From: Ascidiella aspersa
Taxonomy: Eukaryota
DNA length: 64,000 nt
Direction of reading: 5' to 3'
Assembly: GCA_963924565.1 (NCBI GenBank)
Contig: OZ004609.1
Coordinates: 19,654,001 to 19,718,000, forward strand
The notes below the pieces were generated by a model that was given only the letters and a program-made list of their open reading frames with translations, was not told the origin of the DNA and did not search any database. This document shows positions 13,614 through 26,870 of this stretch, piece after piece (the stretch's first letter is position 1; every line of letters starts with the position of its first letter). A program made the translations under genes and the position numbers.

Positions 13614-13733
13614 TACTGTAACTGTGTCTGCAAAATAAAGTACAATGTATAAGCTGTACAGTAAATTTGCACTAACACAGTAAACCCCTTTAGCAATAAA
13701 TTGTACTACAATTTTGCAGATCCGGTTACAGTA
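13614..13733. mobile_element. Small (~120 bp) MITE / inverted repeat
   Basis: TACTGTAACTGTGTCTGCAAAAT ... ATTTTGCAGATCCGGTTACAGTA terminal inverted repeat. Confidence 0.6.
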
Positions 13734-15525
13734 TTGCATAATTTTTTTTAGGTTTGGCAAACAAGCAAGATAAGCAAGTAGCCTCTTTCTTATTTTATAG
13801 CCTGATAAATTATACTAGTCAAAAGAATATTTTTTCAACTTTTTTATTTGATAAGAAAAAATTGTATTTTTATTTACAATAAGTCATTTAACAACTTGTG
13901 TACAATAAGTATAGTTAGTATAAGTATCAAACTGATGAATGATACAGTAATTATTGTACAGTAGACATTTTTTTAAAAGTAAAGGGGTCTGGCATTATTT
14001 CGAAAAGCATAAGGGATTAAGGTAAAGAGTTTTCAGAACCACTGGTCATTCCAACACAGATAATTTTAATTGTAACAAAGTAATTTTATGGAATTTTTAA
14101 CCAGACACAAACCAAACCAAATGCCTGACTAGGGAATAACCGAAGTTCTGTTTGTTTCTTATACTGCTAAAACCACTTCTGTATAATTTAAACCTGATTT
14201 AACATCTTTGTCTATATTCCATTTTGAATAAATGATTGGTTAGTCAACAAAAGCCGTTCAACTGTTTTCACACTAAAACCTAATTAACACTTATCAAAGT
14301 GTTACAAAGAAAAATTTGCCTGATATCTCTTCTGACAACTAAAATTTTTTTCGAGATTTAAACTTCTTTTTTTCAGGACTTTACCTAACTAAATAATAAC
14401 AAACCAATAAGAGAAAATCATATTATTTCTTAAAAAGTAACTTCGAACATCGTTCCTTTGTTAGAACGACTGGTTGACCCAGCCTATCCGTCGCAGTGTC
14501 CCGTGACGTCACAATGCATACGAAGCGTCACACAGCGTCAATTTATCACAATCACCCAGCCGCATATAATTGTAATTTTGTCTCAAGTTTACCCATAAAA
14601 GAGCTAAACTTGATAAAGTATTCAGCTTAAATATTTATAAAATTGTGTAGAATTTTCAGTACCTTTCATTTCCTCGAATTTTTTAAAGGTTGTTGGAAAA
14701 CCGAAATCGATATAAAATATTTTCTAACTGGACAGAGCTGTTCGAGTACAATACGTCATGAATGTCGGTACGCAAAGTAAATTCTCCTTATAAGAAGTTG
14801 ACGCAACGTCGTTGCGTGTCTGGCTGAATACGCAAACTGTGTCGATCATGGGTTTATGACTAATTTCGTGTATCAATTACGTAATAATGACGGTTATTCT
14901 AACATACATACGAACTGCCTGGGGTTATTATCATCTTAAAAATATATTTTATTATTTATAACAAAAATATCCTCAGCGAATAATATTGCTGGCCAGACAA
15001 TATAATACAATAATTATTAAAAATATTAATGAAGGGAGTTAAAATAGTGTAAAACCAAGATTGTTGTTGGTATAATGTCAAATAAGATAAATGTTCGGTT
15101 TGATTGGCACTCAGGCTTTTCAGTGTTGCGAAAAAATATAAGCTAAGGAGAAAAACTGATACAGAGAAAATATGAAGATTTTTAAGTACTGTAGCCTAAG
15201 TGAAAAATCTTTTGTTAGATTTGTTTTGGAAAGTTTTCAAAAGTTTATTGACAAGACAACTTCTATTTGTGCTTACTGTGCATATGTGAGATTGTTTTTA
15301 TTACCCAGTTACGATGAAAAGCGTTTTCGTTACGAATACGACCACTCAGCACTGAAAACAAATTACGGCCCGAGGCAAGTCGCAGCAGTAGCGTTTTTCC
15401 CAGTTACAACCATCATTTCTTTAAAGCTGACACACGGAAACTATAAATAGCAAAGAAACGAGAGCTACGGTACCACAATGTTACGGTAGGAAAAATTATG
15501 ATGCGTGGAGACCATTACTAACTGC

Positions 15526-16044
15526 CAGTGTTGTGACTTAAGTCAATGACTTGAATTCAGTACACTTAGTTACTGTTTTCAGGGGGGACTTGACTTGAAG
15601 TCACTTGGAAAAAAAACTTGACTTGACTTAAGCCTTTAAGACAAACTACGTGACGTGACTGTTTTTTAGATAACAGACTTGGGTTAAAATTAAGTGCATT
15701 TATTAAACACTTTTTTATAAAATTGGGTTATTTTTTCTGCACATAAAACAGTTTGCTTGCTATATGTTGCGTTTATGTCATTTGGATTTGTTACTTGAGT
15801 TATTGCTCATAACCAGGGGAGTTTACCAGTTTCAATAGTATAAAGTTGAATTATTATGACAAGGACTTGGTTTGAAGTTGACTTGCTCTAATTATGACTT
15901 GACTGGGACTTGACTTGAGCAACCAATGACTTGGAATGGAAATTGACTTGCATTTTATTCGAAAATACTTGACTTCAAGTCGATATTTTAAGAATACTTT
16001 GAATGGGACTTAAGTCATTTCAAAATGTTTTGTTTACAACACTG
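15526..16044. mobile_element. MITE with GACTTG subterminal repeats
   Basis: Ends CAGTGTTGT...ACAACACTG; many GACTTG units; degenerate TSD CTAACTGC/CGAACAGC; related fragment at ~23790-23960. Confidence 0.7.
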
Positions 16045-16319
16045 CGAACAGCTTTGACAATAGTTAGTTTACTGTTGTATAACCGGGTTCACCAATAGGC
16101 ATATTGGTTAAATGCGGGGTGGCAGGGTGGAAGGGTGGCAGCGGAATGTCTATATTTAGCTGTGAATTTTTGGGACTGGCCTGACCGCGCAAGGCGACCA
16201 AAAAACACACACCTCGTAAATATATCCTGACCTCTGTTTAATGCAGCCAATTGAGGTGAACACACAAAGGTTATGCCTCACATTTTTTGACTTTAACCTT
16301 ACGAAAAGGCAATAAGTTT

Positions 16320-16814
16320 TCGCGCTTCGCGTAAATCTTGTTTCACTTTAAAATATTTTTCTTTTGAGTGAGTCTGCTCAAACCAAATGGCCGTGCTTAT
16401 GAAAACTATAAGTGAAAACTATTTATAGCGTGTAATTCTCTAAAATAAAAGTTTCTCCGAATCAATATATAAATATATTTTTCTGTCTTTTATGATAAAA
16501 ATATGAAACAAGAGTATACAACATATGTGCATCTTTTATTTTGTGTGTGCGCAATGCGTCACGTTTCCTCGTAAATTAAAAGGTTTACCAATTTGAACCA
16601 GACGAACGCTTTTTTTTCGCGCTTTGCACGTTGACACATTTTTAGTATAAATAAGACTTATTTTCAATTGCACAAATATTTAGGTCCGACCCTGATTAGG
16701 AGTGCTTAAAAGTCACACGTTTCTATAACAAAATTGTTAGTTGAAATTATTACGACCCGCCGAGAACTTGCTATGTTTGGTTTGGCCCGCGACTAGCTAA
16801 AGGTTTCCATCCCT
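16320..16814 (+). mobile_element. hAT MITE (family 2), right portion
   Basis: Collinear with ~25300-25780 (shared CTGATTAGGAGTGCTTAAA and GAACTTGCTATGTTTGGTTTG blocks); hAT-like end GGCCCGCGAC...AAGGTTTCCATCCCTG. Confidence 0.7.
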
Positions 16815-18675
16815 GTCTTAGTACGACAAGTTATTGCCCCCCCCGACCCATGAAATTAATTTAACGCAAATAACGATAACAGAAATATTCGCCAAAATAT
16901 TTAAAACGACCTTTTATGTAAGTAATGACCCTCAGCCAACAGGTAGCTTAATTTAGCCGTAGCGATGCTGGCTTTGCGACAGTTGTACGTACCCCCGCCT
17001 GCTTCGCGTGTAGTGGGGTTTTCTCTCGTGCGCTTTACGCCCCCGACGTTCGACTCGTCAGATGATGATCGCTTCATGACTATCTGTTTCTTTAGGTCAC
17101 GTCATCAGCCTACAAAACGTCGTAGTCATATCTTCTTTAGCTTTTTGTCCCTATTAAGCATCGTGATGTCCGACGATTGAGTAAATCAGTATCGCCAAAA
17201 TTACTGTTTTATTAATGATAGATTTAACTTTACATATTTGTTGTAATTCTACAAACTAGCAATTTTTACGCTACTTCAGTACATTAAACTAATATATTAT
17301 TTTGCTATTAAAAACTAAAATAACAGATTCAACAAAGAAATTTCACCTATCGCTGGATTTTTTTAACAAATCAGTTGCTTTAGCATGTCCTGTTAGTTGT
17401 AGTTTAATTCAATCCACTATATCAACCGTTGTTCCAAAAATATTTGCTATGAACAATACTTATAATATTAAACCTAGGCTATATTTTTCAAAAATTTCGA
17501 CATCGCAAAGAATGAATTTCAGAAAATCGCGCGACTCACTATTTTAGTGGCATCAGTAATATACTACAGAAAAAAAACTTACGTAGGCTAACAAGCAATT
17601 AAAAGACCTATAATAAAAAAATAGGTTTATTTGTAAAAATTTGAATTTTGGTCTTGACCGTTACCTCAAGTATGTAGTTCGTTTTTATTTAGATCGTTGT
17701 TTTTGATAAACCTGGTTCGCAAATGGGGTCAAATTATTTTACAGGTTTTCACACTAATTCCTAAACCATAAATAAAAAACAACTTACCTAAGCTTTAAGT
17801 TCACCTTTCTGGCCAGCATGTCCTGAACCGCACAATTTCGATAAACCACTGTTATTTTATTTTATTTATACTCTCAGTCACTGTTACATCATATATCACA
17901 AACATTAGGTATTGTTACGCATTATAGGTAATACAGGTTATGTCAAATTAGGCCTATAACAAGAAGGCTTACAGAATACGGACAGCGCAGGGTTGTCAGC
18001 GCTAGGTTTTTCTACCTAGATCTAGGTTCTTCGGAGTTTATCTAGGTTTTTTAAGTATTTTTTCTTTAAAATAAAAAAAGTCTAGTTTTTTTTATAAATA
18101 AATGTTTTACAATAGCTTTGAATCTGGAATAATTATAATATTAGTTATTAAAGGACATGTAAAAATAAGTGACAACACCAAGTAAAAATTGTATTTCACA
18201 GCTGTAAAAACTCGTACTAAATATCAATATTGCCCGCACTCTACAGTTCATTTTTGAAGGTAGTTCCAGGGTTGCCAGTTGAGGAATAAAGTCAAGTTTT
18301 CAAAACGACTTTTATTTTCTTTAGCGACGGTTTTTAAAAGCTAGCAGTATTTTAGAAGTGTTTTTTGTGAAATATTTAACTATTTGCCTTATGTTTATCT
18401 CTCACCAAAGATACTCTATAAAACATTAAAGCTGGTAATCCTACGAATACGAACAGCCTAAGAACTACATTAAAATATAAATTCGCGATCTTTGTTTTTT
18501 ATTTGAATTTTTGTTTTTTATTAAAACCAATTTGAATCGCGATTGCCACCCAGTGACCGCTAGATCATAACAGTAGGTGTCTCTAGGGTCCGTAGTTGTT
18601 AACGTTTACGAAGGTTTGAGCAAAACAACCCCGCGACAGGTTCTGATACACACTGTAAGATTATTCAACAGCTAT

Positions 18676-18754
18676 GACTTTGCGCAGTGGCGATATCGTA
18701 GTTGATGAGGTTTATCCGAGGCGCGATTATTGCTAGTTGAAAACTATACCCAAT
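18676..18754 (+). pseudogene. U4 spliceosomal snRNA, 5' ~79 nt only (3'-truncated copy)
   Basis: GACTTTGCGCAGTGGCGATATCGTAGTTGATGAGGTTTATCCGAGGCGCGATTATTGCTAGTTGAAAACTATACCCAAT closely matches the metazoan U4 5' half as recalled (U4/U6 stem II, K-turn 5' stem-loop, stem I). It is followed by an A-run; there is no 3' stem-loop or Sm site. Confidence 0.88.
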
Positions 18755-19139
18755 TTAAAAAAAATGTCCGCTAAATATATATTTAGATTAACTTTTAACC
18801 CGAAAAACGTACTTATAATGACAGGAATTAACAAATAGGCAAAATGTTTTGTTCGCGCCGTACGACATATTAACACAATACAACCGTTGCTCTTTATTAT
18901 TCAAGTTTACCCCGACCAAACGCACTGTTTTAGTGCGTTTGTATGAAAATTTACCGTGTTTTACGTTTGGCTCACCACATTGAGGTTAATGACCCTGTGA
19001 ACAACCCAGATCTTAAGTTGATAAACGTTTAAACCTAAGGCTAAATATTTTTGCAAGGGTGAACAAACAAAAATAATAGTGTGAAAGCTTTTTTGATAAG
19101 GCGCCAGCCTATGGTCAGATACAGAAAACGTGCAACACA

Positions 19140-19651
19140 ACAACTGTGAATCAGGCGGGCCTCGGATTTTTTTGCACTTAAAGACGTGTTTAATTGCATT
19201 TAAGGAGGCAGTAAATTGTTTTTTCGAGTCCACACCTCGTCATCCATGCTACTAATGAAAAGTGTAGTAAACCTACTTTGAAGGAACGCGATACTTTGGT
19301 GGTTAAACTAATTTAGTGTTTGTTAACCCTTTAAAGTCCTGGCGAGCAAAGAAAGCGCGATTTTTTTTAAATTTCTTGTAAGTTTTTATTACATTTCCAA
19401 AAATACTAAAATGTTATAAAATATATATTTAATAATTTTGAATACGTTTTCCGTTTGTCCGACGCACTTGTCAGCCTTCCACGCCCAACGGTAAAGAAGC
19501 GCTGTTAAATCGTTTAAAAGACAGCATCAAAGCGCAAACAAACCGAAAGTACAAAGATCATTCGCGCGAAGCGCAACACTTTTTCGCACTTAATGTAAAA
19601 TGGACTCGTGTCTATAGTTTGTCAAATAGGGCCGTAGGTTGCCGATCCCTG
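19140..19651 (-). mobile_element. hAT MITE (family 3), partial
   Basis: Same sequence family as 47930-48380 and 48743-49403 (e.g. CAGCCTTCCACG...CAACGGTAAAGAAGCGCTG); end GGCCGTAGGTTGCCGATCCCTG. Confidence 0.75.
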
Positions 19652-20700
19652 CTCTAATAGCTCTCACCATTATCGTCGATTGGGAGCATTTACGCTGTCA
19701 TACAAGCTAGTAAATGAACTGTTTAGTCACACAAGCAAGTAAATAGCACTGTTACGTCACATCAGTAAACACATAGAAATCAATCAAGTTTCACGCCCTA
19801 GTACAATGTATAATAAGTTAATCACTAATGAATGCGTACCAGTCCTTTGCTAATGAATTAAAATTCCCAAGATATGGAACGGATATCCCCAGATCCCAAG
19901 GTCTAGGCTGAAATCCCAAGATCTTGGGAAAAATCCCAAGGAGTGGCAGCCCTATAATAACCCTGTGGACTGTGGCCTCTGGTCGTCGTTGAGGTACGTA
20001 AAGCAGATCAGAAGCGATCATAAAGTAAGCTTTTTGTACAATTATTTAGGTGTTGAATTGATTTGAAGCGAAACATATTTCAACTTAGTTAGATTTAATT
20101 TTTATTTTCTTTAGGATTTATTTTTGTATGAAGGTTTTCTTCATTCTAGATTTTATCTGAAGTTTAGAACCAATTGTCTGAACCAACGTTACTACTTTTT
20201 TGTAACAATTTATCCGAAGCGTGAAATATAGTATTATTAAAAGGAGCCTAGCAACATTACATAAAGTAAGACTAATTATTCCGCATATAACATTCGTGTG
20301 TTTTTTTGTTTTTTTTTGTGCATACAGAATGAATTGCTACGAATAAGCACAGCTTGTCGTATAGTTCAAAACAATACAAAATTTTGTTTTACGTGTGATA
20401 TATGGCCTAACAAAAACCGTCGGTATCTATAAACAATGCAGTTAAAGCAATATTTTACGCAAAACCGTACGAACGATTTTTTAGAAACAGGTAAAATGGC
20501 TAATAAACACAAAACACTTGCAATTTGCATATAATAAAACAGAAAGGTCAAATTAACCGTAATTATTACTCTTTTACAAAAGTTTCATCACCGTGTTTAT
20601 AGTGGATTATGCAAAGACAACAGCAAATGTAAATCCGAAAAAATGTTTTTGCGAGTGTAAAGGCATATTTTTAAATTTGTATAAAGAAAAAAACTCTTAA

Positions 20701-23700
20701 TCAACCAATAACTTTGTGCGACCTTCCGACTTGAATAAAGGCGTCGATGGCTCTGTCCACGTCAGCAACGCTGTGTGAAGCCGATATTTGCACACGGATT
20801 CGCGACTTGCCCACCGGTACCACCGGGAAACTGAATCCGATCACGTAAATACCTGGGTGTACAAATGTTCGCCATTGTGTTTAACATTTCTGGTTACAAA
20901 AGTATTGGATATCATTGCAATACAATATCGAATTGCGTCCTTTTTACAAACCAATTGATATAAACGACATTTCCAAAAAAGTAGTTTTAACCGAAGCGGC
21001 GATACAGCTTTATGAAGAATTGATTTGCATTTCAAACATTTTCGTCAATTGGTTTTAATACTGCTAAGATGGGACACTGTAGTGAGTGTTTCTTAAAGTT
21101 TTTCAGTTTCATCCATGCCATTTAAATGCTGCATTTCATTCACACAAATGCAAAATCGATATGACCGTTACAACTGTCAATGTGTGTGATAGGCATACGC
21201 AACATATTCACAAATAATGATGTTTGTTAGATTTGTTTAATTTGTTCAAGTTTGTAAATTGGTACAAAGAGGAATTTAAAAAATAAAGATTACCCCTTTT
21301 TCACCACCCCGATTGTCATTTAGAAAATTTTCTCACCCTGGGGTAAACCAATTAACAGTATAAGAAATACTGCCGAATGATACCGGCACCGTATATAGAT
21401 TTTTTGGTCATGGTAAGCGATCCTATTTGGAAAGGTATTTTATTTTTGTTTATTTTATATCAGAAAAAAAATATTTTATCGGAAAGTTTTGAAAAAATAT
21501 ATATACATTTTTTTGTTACATAAAACGGCAACTCGTTGCAAAATTGATCTGAAATGAAAATAAATTTTATGCTCAAACGCGTTAACGATTAAAAACTTAC
21601 CCAATTTTAGCAAGTCGTTAGACATTTCTGAAGCAAGTTTAGCATCACCCAACATAACGGGACAGATTGGATGGTTATCTCCCGAAATTTTGAATCCGGC
21701 TTCAGTCATACGGCTTCTAAATCTTTTAAAAAAAATGTCTGAAGTTAACTTTGTAAACAGTGAACTTAACGTCAATATTTGTTTTGGCTCTTAGGCTAAA
21801 AATACCTTTCGGTTTTCATTTTAATATCTTCAACTAGCGGACTTCCTTTCATTAAGAGATCAAAAACTTTACTTGCACATGCCACAACTGGTGGTGGCAA
21901 GCTGTTGGAGAAAAGATAAGGTCGCGATCTGTTTCTTAACAGATCAATAATAGGTTTGGGACCAGTGGTGTAACCACCTAAACAAACGAAAACGTTTTAT
22001 AAACAAGTTTAGTCTGATATATCCACAAAAACATGGCCTTTTATAACTATCTGATTAAATATATAAACGTTTATTTGGTTCTCAAACGCCAAAATCTGTC
22101 AAAAGCTACCTGCTGCACCACCTAGGGCTTTGCCTAGCGTGGAGTTGATAATTGCCACACGACTTTGCTCACCCAGTAGTTCATCTGTACCTCTTAAAAT
22201 ATATATTTAGTATATTATGTTTTACTTCCACAAAACTTTTTTTTGATTGTAATACCTTCCAGTTTTTCCTAAAAATCCGGTGGCATGACATTCGTCAATA
22301 AAAACGACCGCATCGTATTTCTCGGCAAGATTACATATGTCTTTTAATGGAGCAACATCACCATCCATTGAAAATACCCCATCGGTTACTATGAGCCGAT
22401 GTCGAAACTTTTGCGCATCCTTCAATTTTTCTTCAAGGTCAACGATGTCGAGATGCTTATATCGATATTTGTTAGCTTTGCAAAGACGAATACCGTCGAT
22501 TATAGAAGCATGGTTTAATTCATCGGATAAAATTGCATCTTCCTAAATTAAATGCAGTAGTTTAGTCGTATTGCATTTATATTACTATCAACCTTTTTTA
22601 TATTTTTAATTGTTGGTATTTTTATTTGTTGGTAGCATGAATTAAAAGTTAATAAAAAATGTTTTTTAGATTCATGAATCGAATGTCGGAGTTATATTGT
22701 ATCTGATAAGTGTTAAAACAATTTTAATTTTCTTTTTTTTACATTGTTAGCCTCTGTTTTTAAGTATACAGTTTTTTTTGTTTTGAATGCACACCTGTGA
22801 AAGAATTGTTTCGAAAATTCCTGCATTGGCATCAAAGCAACTAGCATATAGGATTGAATCTTCTCTGCCGTGAAAAGTGGAAATTTTCTGCTCAAGATCC
22901 TTGTGGATGGATTGTGTGCCGCAAATGAAACTATTTGCAAATAGAAGTAAACATTAGATTTTATCCATACTAAGCATTGGATATTCTTTGACACACAAAA
23001 CATAGCGTAGAATATTTAAATATAATATTAAAATCTATGTTTTAGATACAACAAAAATTGTTAAAAATCATCCATTATTAGGTAAATATTTCAGCCCATT
23101 ATGGCTTCATTTAAATATTTATCTGCTTTAGAGTAAGGCACCAAACCTAACAAATTTTGGATTTATACCGAACTGAACTTAATCCAGCGCCATATAGATC
23201 TAACGAGTTTTTGCCAGCCTCAACGACTTCTGGATGACTCGATAAACCGAGGTAGTTGTTGGCACAAAAGTTAAGAATATCAGAATCTTGACTCTGGACC
23301 TTTATGTGAGGACCTGAAAAAGTATTTTAGCAAAAGTTGAAATTTCTGACAAAATAAACGTTTTTTATCCCAGGACATAAATCGTTTTTAAGTTGTTTAC
23401 CCCTCATACAGAAAGTTGTATTTCATTCACCAAAATGCAAAACCAACATGACGGCAATGGTCATGTGATTACGCAGTAGGCATGAGGACCATCTTGTTGC
23501 AAGGATTTTTGTGAAATTAGCAGTGTTGTTGCAGGATTAAATTCATTGCATTTAGCCTACAATTCACGGTGATGTTTTTTTTAGATTGGTGCAAGTTTGT
23601 TTTTTGAGATTGGTGCAAGTTTAGCAAAGCGTACAAAACACTATAAAATAAATAATTTAGCTCTAACATTAAAGTGTTATTTATCTATTTTTATGCTCGT

Positions 23701-24193
23701 AAAACAATTTGCTTGCTATAGGGCGCTATATGTTGTTTTTATAAACGAGTTTACCAATTTCAAAAGTTTAACGTTTTTTTTGTATGTCAGTGACTTGACT
23801 TAAATTTGACTTGTTCTAATAATAACTTGACTGTGACGACTTGACTTGCGCAAAAGATGATTTGGATTGGACGGACTTGTTATTTTTTGTCAAAATGGTT
23901 GACTTGGACTTAATTAGATATTTTTCAAAAGACTTGACGGGACTACTTTAAAATGACGTGTTTACAGTAGGTATATATACTCTTAACTATAAAGTCCGAC
24001 GTAAAACACCTTGTTTTGTTGTAATAACTCTTTCATGTTTCCACAACCCAGCGTCTGAGATAGATTTTAATTCAGAATTGACTCTGGTTAACAAAGTGTT
24101 AACAGCCTTATTTGATGTACTGGTACTGGCGTGGAGACATCTTCTTGACAAAACTCCACTGAAAGCAATTTTTCCTGCAGTTTGTCCAATCAT
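20701..24193 (-). CDS. GCAT: 2-amino-3-ketobutyrate CoA ligase (glycine C-acetyltransferase), mitochondrial, ~426 aa, 8 coding exons
   Basis: Exons 24193-24010, 23313-23169, 22930-22795, 22542-22256, 22192-22110, 21977-21806, 21722-21601, 20852-20701 (1281 nt, phases consistent). Motifs [61 protein letters not shown] (PLP lysine), [17 protein letters not shown]. Basic, acid-free N-terminus resembling a mitochondrial presequence. Confidence 0.95.
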
Positions 24194-25299
24194 CTTGGCC
24201 AACAAATATAAGACCTGTACAAAACTAACTGCTTAATCTAAATTTTTAATGTGTAAAATATCTTTTAACATTCAACAATCTGCTTGGGCAATGAAAAGAG
24301 CCAATATTAAAATCTCGTTAAAAGAAAACCTAGTTGATACAAAAAAGCATGTAACCTGCGATACTGCTTGTGAATTTTTGCCTTTACGATTAGTTACGTT
24401 CGATTTTAAGGCATTATTGTAGCTCACTATACACCAGTTTGGCTTGTCGCCCGAGGCCACCAATACGCCTTCTCAGAGACAACAATCAGGTATCTCGTCT
24501 TACAAACATGTACACACAATAGCCACGCCTCTATTATCGCTGAAGAAAAATGGTATTTCATATCAGTCTACCTGGTAATTTTGGTAATAAAACTTATACT
24601 CGACGCTACGTCTGTTAAAAATTAGTTTAAAGACAAAAAAGAGTTATTAAAAACTAATAAAATGTTATTTAGCGTCAATTCTGGAAATGTCATGCATTAT
24701 ATTTTGCTAAGCTGAGAATCAAATTTACAGCAAAGCACCAAACAAGCGCTTGCACAATGGTGCAAACTACCGTTGTTCGTTATTTACACGACGTCATATG
24801 CAACGGAAGTGACGCTGTTAAAACGCATGACGCAAACTCTCAGCTGTAACGCCATAGTTTAATGTAACTTTGCTTTTAAATCAGTGAAATATTTACTAAA
24901 ATGAATAAAAAACTCGCAATAAATATACTTTTGGATGGTTGTATTTGGGTAGAACAACAGTGTTTATAACACTCCTAGTTGGACATAATATGCCTTAAAA
25001 ATCTGTCAAAGTCCAAAATAGCACCCAAAATAAGGATTACCTGCAAAAATCTGAATAAAAACACTGCAAACATCCTTGTTTTTCATATTTTTTAACAAAT
25101 AATTTGATTGGGATAATAAAAGGTCGGTTACAGCTTTTGCGAAAATAGCTTATAAAGTCATAAACCATTAATCTAAACCAGGGATTGACAACCTACAGCC
25201 CGCCAGTGAATATCATCCGGCACAGGACCTCTTTTTCAAACAGGACACAAGGTATTGCCTCATATTTTTTAACTATTTTAACCTTACAAAAGGCAAAAA

Positions 25300-25780
25300 A
25301 TTGTCGCGCTTTGCGCACATCTTGTTTTTCTTTGAACAACTTTTGTCTTTTTCGCGCTTCTTCTCATACCAAAAGGGCCGTGCGAATGAAAACTGAAAGT
25401 GGAAACTATTCGTAGCATGGGATTCTCAAAAAAGTTTCTCCACCTTAATCTATATAATCTTTTCTCTGATGTATTCCGTCTTTTATGATAAACATATAAA
25501 AAGAAGAGTATAAGAATTTTGTGTATATTTTATTTTGTGTGTGCGCACGTCTTCCTGTAAATTGTAAGGTTTGCCAATTTAATCTAAAAAACGCTTTTTT
25601 TATGCGCTTCGCGCGTTGCTGTTTTTTTAGTATAATTTAATACATCTGGGTCCAACCTGATTAGGAGTGCTTAAAGCTACAAGTTTCTGTAACAAAATTG
25701 TTAAAGGAAATTTATTACGGCCCGCCAAGAACTTGCTATGTTTGGTTTGACCCGCGACTAGCAAAAAGTTGCCCGACCCT
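25300..25780 (+). mobile_element. hAT MITE (family 2), right portion
   Basis: Collinear with 16320-16814; end AAAAAGTTGCCCGACCCT. Confidence 0.7.
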
Positions 25781-26075
25781 TTATCTAAAAAACCTTTTCT
25801 GTAAATAACAACATTTTTTTACAAACTGCTAGTGTATTTACACATCAACGCAGTAATGAAAGGTGCAGACTGTGTTACGGTGTGTTTGAGGAACTAGAAA
25901 CTAATCAATGGGAAATATTAAAAAAACAATAATAGTTAATAACTTCGACGAAGAAAGAAGTACAGGGAAACAAAGACTTTGGAAGAATAGTAATACATTT
26001 TTAACAAAGGACAACTAAGTTTCGGAATGACAATTTTCTAGTGAATCTAAAGAATGTATATTATTTAGTTCAGGC

Positions 26076-26320
26076 CAGTGCTCTTCAACAGGTGTGCACG
26101 GTGTACCCTAGGGTGCACCAAAATATGCACGCGGTGCACCAGAACTACAAGGTATACAAGGGTGCATCACAAACGGTTTAAATGATATAATAATATTGAT
26201 ATCCATTATGATTCTTCATATCGCTTTTTACCTTAGTTTACCTTTTAGGTAAAAAGGGTGCATGAGTTCGTCGCAACAACTTTGAAGGTTCACCAAACCA
26301 AAAAAGGTCGAAGAGCACTG
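26076..26320. mobile_element. hAT MITE with GGTGCAC repeats
   Basis: TIR CAGTGCTCTTCAAC / GTCGAAGAGCACTG; TSD GTTCAGGC/GTTTAGGC. Confidence 0.8.
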
Positions 26321-26870
26321 GTTTAGGCAACTAGTTTTCCTTAATTTTAATTTCATTACATTCAAAAGAAAAGTATTCGCCTAACGAGTAACTAAACATC
26401 AGAAAAAAAGTAAACACACACACACTAATTTACAAATAAAAAAGTAAAGAACTCGAAATTAAAACGAAAATATCCGGGTTGATTCGGTTTTGGCCACGTA
26501 CATTATGGCGCTGTCAGCAAATTATCAAATTATCGGCAGCAACCAGTGTCATGGTGAGGAGATATGCATTATTGGCTATATATATGCGAAGAAGGCTAAT
26601 ATATGTGCAAAGTAGAGCAACACTGATTTGAATGGCGTGCACAACACTTACCTAGGAGAAAGAGGAATAGTTTTGATACTGAAATTTTTTTAATTATTTA
26701 AATCAAAGCTGAAGTAAAAAAGCTGTCAAATGAAAGATAAGAACATTAAACCTGCACAAAAGCAGTGACGCAACAGTTTGCTTTCGCGCCAAGATTTTCC
26801 TGGACGTGATTTACCACGCAGTTTCAACAAAATCTTGTCCATAGTCCTACACCTAAAACCCAAAGATATT

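Noticed and set aside
15526-16044. CRISPR-like or regulatory repeat array (also 19850-19954, 51745-51890)
   Set aside because: Short, irregular subterminal repeats of DNA transposons with no repeat-spacer periodicity, in a eukaryotic context.
16920-17190. Structured ncRNA (U3 or RNase MRP-like) or the plus-strand ORF 16965-17180
   Set aside because: Only a short box-C-like word matches; the minus-strand exon reading explains the island better.
20701-24193. Bacterial kbl by horizontal transfer or contamination
   Set aside because: Seven spliceosomal introns and a presequence-like N-terminus; GCAT is a normal animal gene.
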